From Felis catus (lineage: Eukaryota), in assembly GCF_018350175.1 (NCBI RefSeq), contig NC_058368.1, positions 28,212,001 through 28,276,000 on the forward strand: a stretch of 64,000 nucleotides of DNA, given 5' to 3'. Positions 38,791 through 51,695 of this stretch are shown here, piece after piece (positions within the stretch are counted from its first letter, which is position 1; each line of letters opens with the position of its first letter). The notes under the pieces are model-generated. The model searched no databases. It was given only the letters and a program-made list of their open reading frames with translations, and had not been told where the DNA came from. The position numbers were made by a program, and so were the translations under genes.

Positions 38791-39092
38791 CAAAATTTGT
38801 GACAGACATTTGACACTGAGAAACTGCCGTGTATGGGTGAAATTTTTCACAGCCCTCCCCCCCCACCCCCCCCACCAGGACTGGTTTATTGACTAACAAA
38901 GGAAAATGATGTAAAACCACTGGAGGACCTTAGCCAAGTCTTCTCTTTTGTCGTAATGCTCTTTCACTAGGCACCAGGAGTTCTCCTCCTTACGGTCACG
39001 CAGACTCTCATCCAGGCAAGTCCGTTCAGTCTGCTGCTCGGGTGACACACTGCAGCCCGTGTGCAGTGTGGCCTGCTCCTATGTAAGCTCAC

Positions 39093-39278
39093 ACGTGCAG
39101 ACTGCAGCGGGACCCCTCACCCATCCTGGGCGCAAGGGACTTTAGAGCCCTGCTCAGTTCCTGCAGAGCTGTCTCCTTAGCCTCTGGGCCAGACGCTGTC
39201 CTGTATCCTTTCTGCCTGGAGCAAGCACTGTCTGGAAGAAAGTTTGCCCCGTGACGGTGCAAAGGACACAAGTCCATC
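39093..39278 (-). pseudogene. Dynein pseudo-exon (end of DHC_N1)
   Basis: GANFLP / RQCLLQAERIQ ~ FVNFDP / LILFRETECMA across a frameshift; GTGAG donor. Confidence 0.6.
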
Positions 39279-41032
39279 AGATAGAAAAAAAAGCACAATC
39301 CAGGGAAAAGAAAAGACAGAGCTTGCAGAGGCGTCTCCCTGCCCACAGTAGCAGGATCCTGTGATGTCAGTTCGCATAACAAAGATATAATCAGAAGAAC
39401 AAGGGGAGCGCTTTAGGGAGACACTTGAATGGCACGTCTCCAGCCCCAGCTGGGGCCATGGGTCCAGGCCAGCGGGTGAGAGCGGGCCAACAGCTAGCAT
39501 AGTTATTCCCCGAGGCACACCCAACATGTTCCGGGGCTCCTTACATTGACTTCCTAAGCAGGCTTCCGTCCCAGGACAAGGAAGCATCCCTACCTCCTAG
39601 CCTTGACGATCCTACTTCTCACTATACAGATGGCATGCCATTTCCTGGCTTTGGGGGGACCCCAGGGAAACTATTTGTGTCTTAGTGCCACCACATAAAA
39701 AATTCGAATGATATTTGTCTTCTTGGGTCTTTGGGAAGATTCAATAAGACAGCGCAGGTGAAAGTGTCTAATACGGCATCTAGTACACAGTTTGCCCTAC
39801 GTGAGAGTTAACGAATATACAAACTACCTTCACAAATCAATCAGAAAGCATTGCTGGGGTGTCTTCTGTGTGTTAAACAATGAGGATGACAAAAATGAAC
39901 AAAGTACTTTTTTTCTCCCGCAAAGAACTTACAGACTAGTTGAGGAGACGATACAAAGGCAAAGATGAATTAAAAAACAGAGAACAAGCACCCAAAATGG
40001 ATGTGTGCTGTGTTTGCCACGGAAGTCTTGAAGGAGAGGCTAGCACAAGCAGGAAACTTAAACAAAAGAAGGATTTTAGCAGCCCCACAAAGGCTGAGGG
40101 AGACTTCGGTAAGTCTAGAAGAGGTCCCAGATGAAGAAAGGCTTTTGGGAAAACATTAGGCTCCCGTGAGTTGACACAATACAAGTTGGTCTTCCAAGAG
40201 CCCTACTGCACTGGAATTAACTACTAAAACTCAAGACCAAGCCCCATGTATAAAGAAAGAAAGGTATCTACTTACTGTCTCCTCCATGAGGCTGTCTTTG
40301 AGTCAGTACAGGAGAAAGTATATCTATGCTTTTCCAATCCCAGAAAGAGAACAGAGGCAAGAAAAAGACAAGAGAAAATAAAGCAGGCAGAGAGATAACC
40401 ATCTGTGTTTGCTGGTTTAGTCTTCCTTCAAATGTGTAATTATGACTCCAAGGGCTGAGTTGGCCATTTGGAGAGATGAGAGTCCAGGTCAAGCAAATAA
40501 CCCACAGAGGAGGCAATGAACCTACGGACAATAGCCTGTATGTGCAGGGTTTTTCCCTTAAAGGAGATTTGTGTTTGCCAACCAAACACAAGATACTTCC
40601 TTAAAACATTTTAATTTAGTAGGAAACACCAAATTCACAAGTCTTCAGCAAAGTCTAAAGTGGTACCAACCACCTCATCCCTAGAATAAAACATAAGACT
40701 GTATTATTTTCATTTTGTATGAAACATTCAAAGTTCAGGGCTGGAAAATTGTGTGTGGGCTGATGCCTGATAGTGCAGCCAGTGATTATATAGTGACTCA
40801 CGATAAATTTCCAGGGCCACCACACCTTAAAGTCAAACTCACTCAGGCCAGACAGTAAACTATTAGCAGAGATATTTTTGTAACCATAATTTCTAGTCTT
40901 TTAACTAATTTTTTTTTTTGTTTTTTAAACGTGCTTCATGGCCAGTTTTCTAAAAGTCGTAGAGCTCTCTTTTCTGGCATCAGGGTCTCGGGATAATTAT
41001 CCTTTTAAAAACAATACAAAATAAAAACATAC

Positions 41033-41319
41033 CCATGGGGTATTTTAAGGAATTTTTTCAACTGACCAGCTTGGTCAACCAGCATAATCCTGGAGCACTG
41101 GCTCCGTCGTGTCAGCCAGCCCCGGCTCCTCACCACAAGGAAGATTCAGGGCAGGACTCCTGCGGTTGTGGCCACGTCTACCCCAGGTACCCAAAAGGAA
41201 GTCTCTCCATGGCGAGGCCAGGCAGGAGAGGGCACCATGCGGGAAGGGCTGCTGACGAGACATGAGAGCTCTCAGAGAGGTTTCCGTGCAGAGTGGAAGC
41301 TGACAGGCTTTGTCCTCAT
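41033..41319 (-). pseudogene. Dynein pseudo-exon (DHC_N1)
   Basis: QPFPHGALSCLASPW ~ PPLARNQPPIAGKILW; EPVLQDY ~ KPIIRSY; GTATGT donor. Confidence 0.6.
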
Positions 41320-41486
41320 CCAAAATAAAGCAGCTACTAACATACTCCTACCTCATGTAAATCCTTCATCCCGGGGTCCGTGTCCGGTTTCAGTCACCTG
41401 CCTTCACACCCTTCACATTTCCACATGGAACCCATGAGGAAGTCATATCATGCCTGTGCCCAAAGGGGCCAGCGTTGGAAGCTCCT

Positions 41487-41710
41487 GTTTATTTATTTAT
41501 TTTTTAGTGTTATCTTTTTTTTTTTTCATGTTTATTTATTTTTGAGAGGCAGGAAGAGGGCAGGGAGAGAGGGAGACACAGAATCCGAAGCAGGCTCTGG
41601 GCTCTGAGCTGTCAGCACAGAGCCCGACGTGGGGCTCGAACTCACGCTTCGTGAGATCATGACCTGAGCCAAAGTTGGACGCTCAACTGACTGAGCCACC
41701 CAGGCGCCCC
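41487..41710 (-). mobile_element. SINEC
   Basis: Near-consensus; TSD tggaagc. Confidence 0.93.
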
Positions 41711-41749
41711 ATGGAAGCACCCGTGTAACATCAGTATGTGTCCGAGAAC

Positions 41750-41946
41750 CTTGGAAGAGCCACAGGACAGACGCAGGCTCAAGGTCTCTATGTAGCAACT
41801 GAATTGACCAGCTTTTCTTCATGTATTTTTAATTCTCTTCATGACACGCTGTCAGGTTCAGTGATGGAGAGAGTTCTCCTGGGCTACTTTGGCAAGACCT
41901 TGGGCTGTTTCTGAGCTGAGTTTCACACAACGTGTCTGCTGTCAAA
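41750..41946 (-). pseudogene. Dynein pseudo-exon, degraded
   Basis: LHRDLEPASVLWLFQ ~ FAKIQNTNQALRMLK; acceptor mutated; approximate bounds. Confidence 0.45.
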
Positions 41947-41992
41947 CCGGAATGAATGGAACAGAAATAATGTACGTGTGTTGCCCACTTAG

Positions 41993-42206
41993 TCCCATCT
42001 CTGACACCACTGTGAGGACCTCAAACGTGTTACAAAGCTCTTTCCTAGTGTGATATCTCCCACTCTTTTTACACACCGAATTAATGGGGTGAATGATTGG
42101 TTTTTGGCCTCCACAAAGTCTCCCTGTTCGGGGAGTTGAGGGAAGACCTTGACGGTGTGGAGGCCAGCCGAGGCCTCCTGCCCACGGTCAGCCTGAGGAA
42201 CCGCAT
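41993..42206 (-). pseudogene. Dynein pseudo-exon (DHC_N1)
   Basis: Strong acceptor; EQGDFVEAKNQSFTPLIRCVKRVGDI ~ [27 protein letters not shown]; donor CTAAGT (mutated). Confidence 0.72.
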
Positions 42207-43124
42207 CTGGCAAGGCAGAGGTTGGGAACAGGAGACAGGGGGAGGATGCTGACCACTGAAGACAGCTCGGAGTTTTTTCCTGGTTAGGAACACAAGCTGT
42301 GCGCACACCTCAGTCGTCGGCCCTTGAAAAGGGGAATCTGATGGAGGGGGCTCGAAGGCCATGGACAAAGCAGAAAGGTGAAGGCAGAAGCCATATCTAT
42401 CTCTTCATTCTTTGGTCCTGGCACTGTGGATTAAAGGCCAGGGGTGGTTGAGGGAATGGAGTGTAGATTATAGGGAGATGGATGGAAGGTACCAGCCTCC
42501 TGGCCAACGGTATCTAGACAGAGGGGGTAAGCCAGGCTCCCGTGTTCTCTGTGTGCTCTTTCCTGTCCAAATGTCAATTGTGGCTAGGGCTGGTCAGCGC
42601 AGGAGACCTCGCTATGGTAGGAAACCCCACACTTCTCATCAGGTTTCTTCGGATCCCTGCCCTCTGTGCCCTATGTGGGTCAGGACCTAAGGTCTGGGGG
42701 TCTCCCTAAAAGTCTAGCATTCCTAGCCTTCCTTGCACACCTTGAGGGCAGCTTCTGGCTAGGAAACAGTTTTCACTCACCTCTTTTTCGTCCTCCTATG
42801 AAACCACTTCCTCTCCTATTCCATCTTCCTAAGCCACCCCCATGCTGTGCCCCCAGTGACAGTTTCAGTGTTTCTGTTCCAATCCATATTAGGATTTAGG
42901 GGTCCCTTCATAACATGACGCACAGAAAGAACAAGATTCTAATCTCGCATCAGTCCTCCTCTTCACATCTGCTTTGCCTTATACACTCATCTCTGCACCT
43001 TCTTCCCCTGTCCCTCCTCCCACCCCACACAGCCTCACTACGACTGTGTGGGCCTGAGTCAGAAGCGCCGCAGCTTTGGCCCGGAGGTGGCAAGCTCAGG
43101 GGTTCCCTGTCCTGCCCTCCTTAC

Positions 43125-43218
43125 CTTGAATTTCTAGAAAGGCTACCTGTTTTACAGAAGCTTTCAGTTGCACAGACCACACACATTGTGTCCTTCATCT
43201 ATGGGGCCTTTTCTCTTG
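43125..43218 (-). pseudogene. Dynein pseudo-exon
   Basis: GTAAG donor; REKAP*MKDTMCVVCATESFCKQVAFLEIQ, ends phase 1 matching next exon. Confidence 0.55.
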
Positions 43219-43586
43219 CTGTTTGTAGAATCTTGTGCCCACTTATACTTTCTAACTGCTGCTTACCTTTTCCCCAAGGCAGGGAGGAAGTGTGGTCTGA
43301 TGACTGGAGAAGTTGCCTGGAAATTGGGAGGCTGTGTGTACTAGGGAAAATTACTTCGACTCCCTGATAAATTGGTATTTCCACAACTTTGGCTGAGGGA
43401 ACGGAAAGCAGCCCAAGGGTCCAGGGAGGGGCGTCCTCAGTTGCTGGTCCTTCCTGCAATACCTCCGGTTCCTGTGTGGTTCCAAGGATAAGTAGGTGCC
43501 CTATTTCATGGCCCTATCCCTCTTCTCCCTCTCCCCAGTTTTGACTTTGGCTCCTCCAGCTTCAGTTGATCAAATAGTTGACTTAT

Positions 43587-43676
43587 CGGGCAAAATCAAT
43601 GCTTGCCCAATAAGTTTCATGAGCTGCTAACCTGGGTGTCCCCAAGTGCCAGGCAGCCGTCATAAGTACCTTGGAC
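43587..43676 (-). pseudogene. Dynein pseudo-exon (DHC_N1)
   Basis: SKVLMTAA...ETYW ~ CKAYITNN...SIW; donor mutated to ATAAGT. Confidence 0.55.
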
Positions 43677-43899
43677 CTGGAATGGGTGGATATGTGCATA
43701 GAGCTTCCTGTCAAAGATCTTGATAAATGGCTCTCACTCCCGACTTCTATGCATAAGGGTGAGGACACTTTCAATTTCAAGTGGCAGAAATTCAACTTAA
43801 ATCAGCTAAAGCCAAGAAAGAAATCCACGGACTTACATACTTGGGTGCATTTGACTTCAGCAAGGCTGAATATATGATCTCAGGCAATGTCATCAGAAA

Positions 43900-44760
43900 C
43901 TGTTATCAAAAAGCTAAACCATAACAGCTGTGGGTGAGGATGTGGTTGGACGAGGTGTTGGTAGGGAGGTAAATTGGTATAGCCACTAAGGAAAATAGCA
44001 TGAAATATTAAAAATTAAAAGATTAAAAATAGAGCTATATATAATATAGTATAATCCAGCAACCCCTATCCTAGGTATTTACCCAAAAGAAATAAAATTG
44101 GTACCTCTAAAATACATCTGTACAATTATGTTCATTATAGCAATATTCATAATAGCCAAGATATAAAAACAGCCTGAGTGTCCATTGACAAATGAATGGA
44201 TAAAGAAATTGTGTGATACATACATACATACAATGGAATATTCTTTAGCCTGGAAAAAAAAAAAAGATCCTACTATTCACAACCACATGGATGAATCTAT
44301 ACACATTATATAAGTGAAATAAGCCAGCCACAAAAAGAAAAGTACCACAAGATCTTATTTATATATGGAATCTGAAAATGTCAAATACACAGAAGCAGAG
44401 AGCAGAACAGTTGGGGAGGGGGTGGTGGGAGAGTGGGGAGGTGGGGGGCATTAGGAGAGATTTTGGTCAAAGGGTATGAAGTTGCACTTATATAGGATGA
44501 ATAATTCTAGAGATCGAATATACAACACGACGATTATAGGTCAACAATACTGTCTCAAATATTGGAAATTTGCTAAGAAGGTAGATTTCAGATACTCTCC
44601 CCACACACATAAAAAAAAAGAAAGGTAACTGTGTAAGGAGATATGTTAGCTTGACTATAGTAATCATTTCACTATATACATCAAGCCATCATGTTGTGTG
44701 TTATATATCTTAAATATATACGACTTGTATTAGAAATCAATTTAAAATAAAAATGTAAAT
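43900..44760 (+). mobile_element. L1 3' end (L1MA-like)
   Basis: ORF2 C-terminal/3'UTR motifs. Confidence 0.88.
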
Positions 44761-44788
44761 GTCTTCAGAGCCCTGCCTCTGTCTCCAC

Positions 44789-45004
44789 CTGCTGGACAGG
44801 TGTTCTCCAAAAGGTTGGAAGATGGTTGCCAGCGCAGAACCCCCGTGGAATGAAAGTATTTTCCAATAATTGCAGCAGAAACGTCCTGCTTGGGTCATGG
44901 ACCCATTCCCAAACTATTCCTGGACCATGTGGCTTCTTCTATTGCAGGGTAGACCTGGATCAGGTTGTGGAATACGTTCTCCGTCAAAGAGAAGTGTTCA
45001 GTTC
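44789..45004 (-). pseudogene. Dynein pseudo-exon (DHC_N1)
   Basis: IIGKYFHSTG / LATIFQPFGEHLSS ~ SISHYYNTSE / [16 protein letters not shown]/GT intact. Confidence 0.7.
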
Positions 45005-45448
45005 CTAGAAGGATAGAAATGGATGGTGAACAAGCAAAAACATGCAATGTCTCGTGTACCACCTTGAGCCAGCCAGGAGCCCAAACTGCAGAAACTTGCA
45101 GCAAACTGGAATGCCCAGTGCACCTGGCTCTCAGTCTTCTAAATGTCACACGTTTCCAATAAAGGCAAAGAAAGAGCTGAGGCCCTGTGCTAGATATATA
45201 CAGCCATAACAATATGGCGATCTTTTTTTTTTTTCTATAGTTGGATAAGGCTCTTCCAGCTTGGTGAAGTTAAATACAAAGAGCCATCAGTTTTGCTGCA
45301 TTCATCAAAATATTTCTATGACTCACAAGATAAATGAGAAAAATACACAGAACAGTCAAAGTAACACTGAAGTTAGATTGTAATCACACCCTTGAGTTCT
45401 GACAACCCACTGACAAAGTTTCCTGCTGAGAGCATATCACTGACTTAT

Positions 45449-45798
45449 TTTTCTCCACAGAAGGTACTTGATTAGCCTAAAGCAGATTATCTTCTCCATG
45501 GATTATCTGAGATCCACGCAGGTTGCTAGCCCACCCGCGATCCCCCATTGAGTTGCCAGCTGAAGGTAAACACTGACCCACTGAGCCATGAACCCATATT
45601 TGAAGCTATCAAATCATCTGCTGAAGAACAAATCAGCTTACAGGACATCATTCTCTCTTTAAACACTGACACTGAAGTCTCTTAAGTGGATGAGGACGAT
45701 TTTCTATAGTAAGAGGATCAGGACTCTCTCTAGTATTGAGGACACTTTAACACCCCCCAATGGTCCACCAGGAAGTAGGGATTTCTAAGGTAGGCTTT
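45449..45798 (-). pseudogene. Dynein pseudo-exon (DHC_N1, copy C), frameshifted
   Basis: NPYFLVDHW ~ [15 protein letters not shown]..VEK ~ KDNVKYLYTLEK across frameshifts; donor mutated to ATAAGT. Confidence 0.55.
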
Positions 45799-45898
45799 CT
45801 ATTCAGAAAACAAAGACCTCATGTACGCCCAGTGGAGTACATGAAGCCAAGCTCAACATGCAGAACTTTCCCTGCCTTGGGTTTTCTCACTCTCTCAC

Positions 45899-46089
45899 TT
45901 CTGTATCTCCAAGAGGCCCACGTCTCAGTAGCGGCAAACCATCAACATTCGTAGAGCGCCTGAGTGACAAGCATGGGACCACGAAGATAAACTGGAAGAG
46001 GCATTTCTGGGAAAGATGCTGTTGTGAGCTCCAGTTCTGAGCTTTTCAACTCTACTCAGTGATATTTGAAACATTCAGTGATATGTGTC
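45899..46089 (-). pseudogene. Dynein pseudo-exon (tail copy C)
   Basis: ctctgaaacag acceptor, GTGAGA donor, phase fits previous exon; WFAATE ~ WIKQTE; 2 stops. Confidence 0.6.
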
Positions 46090-46550
46090 CTGTTTCAGAG
46101 GAGAACAGAGCTGCTAGATAATTTTAGATCTTGTTAGAATATACATGTATACATAAAATGTGTAGATGAATTACCAAAAAAAAAATTAGATACATAGTTT
46201 CCAAAGCAATGGAGAGAAAGGGGAGTTGGGGAAAAATAAAAATATACATATTTTTAAGATGTTAGCAATACCTCCAAATGTCATAACAATATCATAAGAA
46301 GTGTCAACATATTAAATGCATTTATTAAAAGACAAACTAACAGGTTGAGTTTTTTTTAAGCTCACGTGTTTTAGAAAGTTTCACTTTCTTGGCAAAAGGA
46401 GTGGAGGGAACAAAACCAGATGTCAGGGCATCAGGTAGAGAGCTGTGGCTCTTCCAGACAAGAGGAGGCAGGGGCCTCACCTGAGGAAGCCTTGGGATGG
46501 GACTGGGGGTAGATGGGGTATAAATACATGCAAGAGGGAGACGGGCATAC

Positions 46551-47298
46551 AATCTAATCTGCTGAGCATGCCAGCTGATTAGAACAAGCTGAATTAGGGC
46601 CGCCTGCGTGGGTCAGTCAGTTGAGCGTCTGGCTCTTTTTTTTTTAATGTTTACTTATATTTGAGACAGAGAGAGACAGTGTGTGAGCAGGGGGAGGAAC
46701 AGAGAAAGAGACAGAGACAAAGACAGAATCTGAAGCAAGCTCCAGGCTCTGAGCTGCCAGCACAGAGCTCGATGCGGGGCTCGAACCCACGAGCCATGAG
46801 ACCATGACCTGAGCTGAAGTCAGACGCTTCATCGACTGAGCCACCCAGGCACCCTGAGCGTCTGACTCATGATTTCGGTTCAGAGCATGATCCCAGGGTT
46901 GTGGGATTGGTCCCCACACCGGGCTTTGTGCTGAGCGTGGGGCCTGCTTGAGATTCTCTCACTTTCCCTCTGCCCCACTCCCCCACTCACACACTCTCTC
47001 TCTCTAAAATGAAAGTTTTTTTAAAAATTAGAACAAGCTGAATTTGAAGGACTTCCTGAGGAAGATCCGCAGTTTTATGCTGGGCATCATCTACATGTAG
47101 GCAGTAAAGGTGAAAGTACCAAACTGTCTAAAAAGATGGGAGAAAGGTAAGCATCAAGTCCTTGGCAACACCAATTCTTCACGGACACACAAAGAAAGAG
47201 AACCCAACAAAGGATCCTAAGACAGATAAGATCAATTTTGTTACACAGCCATTGAAAAACAGACTTTGCAGGAAGGTGTCGCCAACATCAGATACTTT
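46551..47298 (-). pseudogene. Dynein pseudo-exon (N-terminal domain, copy C) interrupted by nested SINEs
   Basis: LQSLFFNGCVTKLIL ~ IDQLFAVGGLRHLMF; DLPQEVLQIQL ~ DNIHQEVSFNML; frame resumes after removing the SINE and its 18-bp TSD. Confidence 0.65.
46596..47026. mobile_element. SINEC (+) containing a younger SINEC (-, ~46636-46853)
   Basis: Outer TSD attagaacaagctgaatt; inner TSD tgagcgtctg(g/a)ctc. Confidence 0.93.
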
Positions 47299-48089
47299 CT
47301 GGAGGTCAAAGCAGGAACCGAAAAGCAAGTGTTGGATTTGACAATAAGGTCACTGGTGAGCTTTGCCTTCATTAACCTAGTGGGTCTTGACTGAAGTGTC
47401 ATATTGAATGCAAGCACTGATCCCTCCAGGTCCATCCACAGGGTCTCTCTAGGTGACCTTGGGTGTTAACCGATTTAATGCCCATAATAAAATGCCACCA
47501 TCCACTAGCCAGAAATACCTTGGCTTCTCTTGAGGCTTCTTCAAATTCCACTAGTTTCCCAATACCGACCTTTTATCGCCTTCAAAGCAGCTGGCTTAGA
47601 GGACAGATCTTTGAGTTCCATTGTCTGACTTCTCTCTTCCCTTTTCAGGACTTTCTCACTTTTTCTCTTTCAAGGAAGGGATGAATCCTTCTTTCTTTTG
47701 GAAGGTGGAATGAATCAGCCATCCTGCTTTTTATATTCAGAACAACCAGTATTTACCAAACAGCTTCTACGTGCCAACTGAGCTAGGAGTGTTCACATAT
47801 TTAATTTACTTCTTCCAAGCCTGTGGTGAGGCTGACAGTATCATCATATTCTGCAGAAGAAATTATCCAGCAAAAAATTTACAAATACTGTCTCTTCTGA
47901 GCTAAAGCTAAACGGGAATGCTCATTTCTGGGCCAAAACAGTTCTACGGCAGTCACGTGACACACAGGTGGCATCCTATTGGTCCAGTGCCATGAGCCAA
48001 ATGTTGGAATCATCAATAATTTTTTAAACATCTCTGGTATTGTGTAGTGAGTGGAACTGCTCAAGGAAGTTGGCTTGGGAAGGGAACTA

Positions 48090-48455
48090 TCTAATCTACT
48101 CAGGCTGCTGTAACAAAATACCATAGACTGGGTGGCTTGACCAACAAACATGTATCTGTCACAGTCCTAGAGATTGAAAGTCCAAGATCAGGGTACTGGC
48201 ACGATTGAATTCTAGTGAAGATCCATTTCGTGGCTTATAGACAGCTACCTTCTCACTGTATCCTCACATGGCCAAACGAGAGCTCCGGTCCCCTCATCCC
48301 TTTACATGGAAACCAATGTCATCATGGGGGTTCTGCCCCCATGGCCTCATCCAAATCTGACTACCTCCCCAAGACCCCACCTCCAAAACCACCACATGGG
48401 GATTAGGGCCTCAACATGTGACCTTCAGCAGAAAACAAATACAAGGTCTACAGTA
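48090..48455. mobile_element. MLT1 LTR
   Basis: ggctgctgtaacaaaataccatagactgggtggctt... Confidence 0.85.
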
Positions 48456-49545
48456 GGAGGGAAAGACGAAGGAAGAAAGAAGGAGGGGGGGAAAAGGACA
48501 AAAAGAAAAAAAGAGCTTGCAGAAGCAGCGGAAAAGACTCTGGTACACCAGGGACTTGGGCCAGAAATGCTCAGCCACCACAGGAAATTATCCTCAGGGC
48601 CTAGGCAGCGTCCCAGCCAGGAAGAGGAGACAGCTCACACCTGGCTTCAATAAAGAGCTCCTGCAAACCCTGCCTCGGTCTTGCAATGGTCATGAAATGC
48701 TGGGTTTTTTAAAACCCTAAATGCAACTTGCCTGGCACGCTGCCACTTGAACTACAATCTCTGTATTTTTTGGAAGCAGTGGATTTATTTCTCTTCCACT
48801 CATTAAAATCTGTTTGAGGAAAAAAAAAAAACTTGTCTGCTGTTTAAGACGGCCAAATTGAAATGCCCTTTTCCAAAGAAGAGAGTGCAGGTAGAAAAGC
48901 TCATTGATCACTTATTTCTCCTCGATACCCAACGTGTTAACTTTTCAGTGGGCTTTCAAGTTGGACGAACTTCCCACCGTCCGACGTTCTGCTGACACGG
49001 GCCCTTGGGGGGCGACGCTTGAATGGCGTTTCTACGCCCTCCCTCCCGGGGGCTCTGTCATCAATACCATTTGAATATTCTCTGTTTTATTGTCTATTTT
49101 ATTTTTATGGACTCGAGCAAAAGCCACTTTTATACTGGTCACTTATGGTTTCCTTAACTTTGTGATTAAGCCAGAAAAATTCGGTTTGAAACGGCATATA
49201 ATTTAAGGCTTTAAGATCCAACCATGTATTTCCACTTGCCTGTGGTCCAAAATGATTTCAGTATTTCAACTCGTCTTCGAAGCTCCCCGAATCAGTAGAC
49301 GTGACCTCCCACTGCCCCACAGCAGCAGCCTAAGGAAACCGAGAAGGACTTTTTCCACCTAAGACCACAATTTCTGAAACTGCTTCCTCTCCTCTCTCTC
49401 CATGAACTTTCTTCAGCATGAGGCCCCATTAACCACACCCTCCGTGAAACCCTCTCTTTGCGTGTGTGTGTGCATGTATGTGCATAAGAGCAAAGATTTT
49501 GCATCAATAAATTAGGTTGATTATGAATCGTAGTATGGCACTTCC

Positions 49546-49775
49546 TTTTTTTAAAAAATTTTTTAACGTTTATTTATTTTTGAGAGAGAGAGAGAGAGAG
49601 AGACAGAGTGCGAGCAGGGGAGGGGCAGAGAGAGAGGGAGACACAGAATCCGAAGCAGGCTCCAGGCTCCGAGCTGTCAGCACAGAGCCCGATGTGGGGC
49701 TCGAACTCAAGAACCACGAGATCATGACCCGAGCTGAAGTCGGAAGCTTAACCGACTGAGCCACCCAGGCACCCC
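49546..49775 (-). mobile_element. SINEC
   Basis: Near-consensus; TSD tggcactt. Confidence 0.95.
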
Positions 49776-51149
49776 AAGTCTGGCACTTTCTAACTGCAAG
49801 ACATTGAAGAAATTGCTTAAAAACTCTGAGCTTCTGTTCTTACATCCATAAGGGAGGGATGAAAATCACTACTTCATAAGAGTTATGGTGAGGACTCCAT
49901 CAGCTGCTTGTAAAGTGTTTACAAAGGTTCACAGTCTCCATGAGACCACGACAGGCTGGAGTTCCCCACCTCACATTTGTGTCTCCTTTGCTGGCTCCTA
50001 AGTAACGACTTCACCCAAGCTGTTTCAGACCTTAGCCACCTGCCCATCCCTCTCCTCCCTTGGTCAGACCCCCACCCACCACCCTCCCAGACCTTGCCTA
50101 GCATATCATCTTATACTCACAAAGTGTCCCTTGGAGAAATGGCTTCACCTCTAGGTCTGTTTCCATGTGTATAAAATGAGATGCCGAGTGGGTGAATGAT
50201 AAGGCAAGGTTCCTTCTTGTCCCTTCCTAAATAAGTGATTTCCCCTGCCGCTTCCCCAGTTCTCCCCTTGTCCCCTCCTTCTCCCTCCCTCCCACAGCTC
50301 CCTCATTTTTGAGGCCTGGATTAGAATTTGGATAGTGTACCAGATGACAATAGTTTAGGTTGGAAAATGCTAGTATAAGGTTCTGTCTCTTACCTCCCAA
50401 CGCCTAGCATACCTATGGCTTTGGAGATGAAGAATAACTTGGATACTTCTGATAAGAAATGGCTTTGAGAACTTTCTTAAGAACTCTGGATTAGTGAAGG
50501 GCATAAAATTCATGAGGATACTGAGGTGTTTCCTTCCTCATGAAGCTGAGCTACATATGTTAACAAATAATTTCCACGAGAGAGTAAGTTTGTGCAGCCA
50601 TTCTGGAAAGCAATTGGCACTATTTAAGCCAACTGACCAGCTAGTTATACTCTACCCTACAGCAGTTCCACTGCAGGTACAAGGGTATTAAGCTGTATGA
50701 GACTAGGCACCATGGCAGGAATTTGGAAGCAGTCTTAGTGTCCACTGGGTGAACAGACAGATAAATTAGATGATACACATCCCGGGATACTAGTCAACAT
50801 GTGGAAGATAAGAGCTAGAGGTGCGTATAGTGGTATGAATAGATCTGAAAAACAGTACTGAAAAAGGAATAAAGAGAATGCGATATTTGGCACAGTACCA
50901 TTTACATAATTAATAATACATGCCCACATAATTGGGTCACCATTGGATAATTCAAGGGAATCAACTCATTAGTTTTCAAAACTGGCAAACGAAAGGAAAG
51001 AATCAAGCATTTAGTCTGACTTTCCTCTATGAATTATACCATGGATAACCAAATAATGTGTCAGGGGAAGTTTCTTGTTCTAGAAGTGTTCCAGCTAATA
51101 GACAAGGAAGGAATGCGAGAATTAGAACATCGCCATTTTGCAACATCTA

Positions 51150-51695
51150 ATTGTGGCAGACTCTAAGACAGACCCCATTTAACCCTGGGACTCAGGCCCT
51201 TGTGTAATCCCCTCCCCTGGATTATGGGGCAGGGGATGACTTTCTTCTAGCCAATGGAATGTGGTAATGGTGATAGGACATCTCCTCCATGTGGCATTAC
51301 ATAAAACTGTACTTCCATTTGCTAGCTGACTCTACTGACTCTCTTGCTGTCTTTGATGACATAAGCTGCTATATGGAGAGACCCAGGTGGCAAGGAACTA
51401 AGAAAAGGTGGCCTCTAACCACCAGTCAGCAAGGAACTCAGACCCTCTGTCAGACAACCCCAATGATCTGATCCCACCAATAACCACATAAACTTGGAAA
51501 TGGATCCTTTCCCAGTCAAGCCTCAAATGATTTAAGCCCTGGCCAACACCTTGTTTTTAGACTTCTAAGAGACCCGGAATCTCAGGCCACAGCTAACTCA
51601 TGCCTGGATTTCTAACTGTGAGAGAACGAATGTGTTTGGTTGCAAGCCACTAAGTTTGTGTCAGTATTATTACACACCAATAGACCACTAATATA
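51150..51695. mobile_element. MLT1 LTR inserted in an old L1 remnant (~50570-52400)
   Basis: tgtggcagac...ccttgtgtaatcccctcccc...gccactaagtttgtg... Confidence 0.8.

Noticed and set aside
42915..43367. Longer plus-strand ORFs (e.g. 150 aa here, 135 aa at 61111-61518, 114 aa at 100-444)
   Set aside because: No recognisable homology or splice context; they are antisense shadows of pseudo-exons or chance ORFs.
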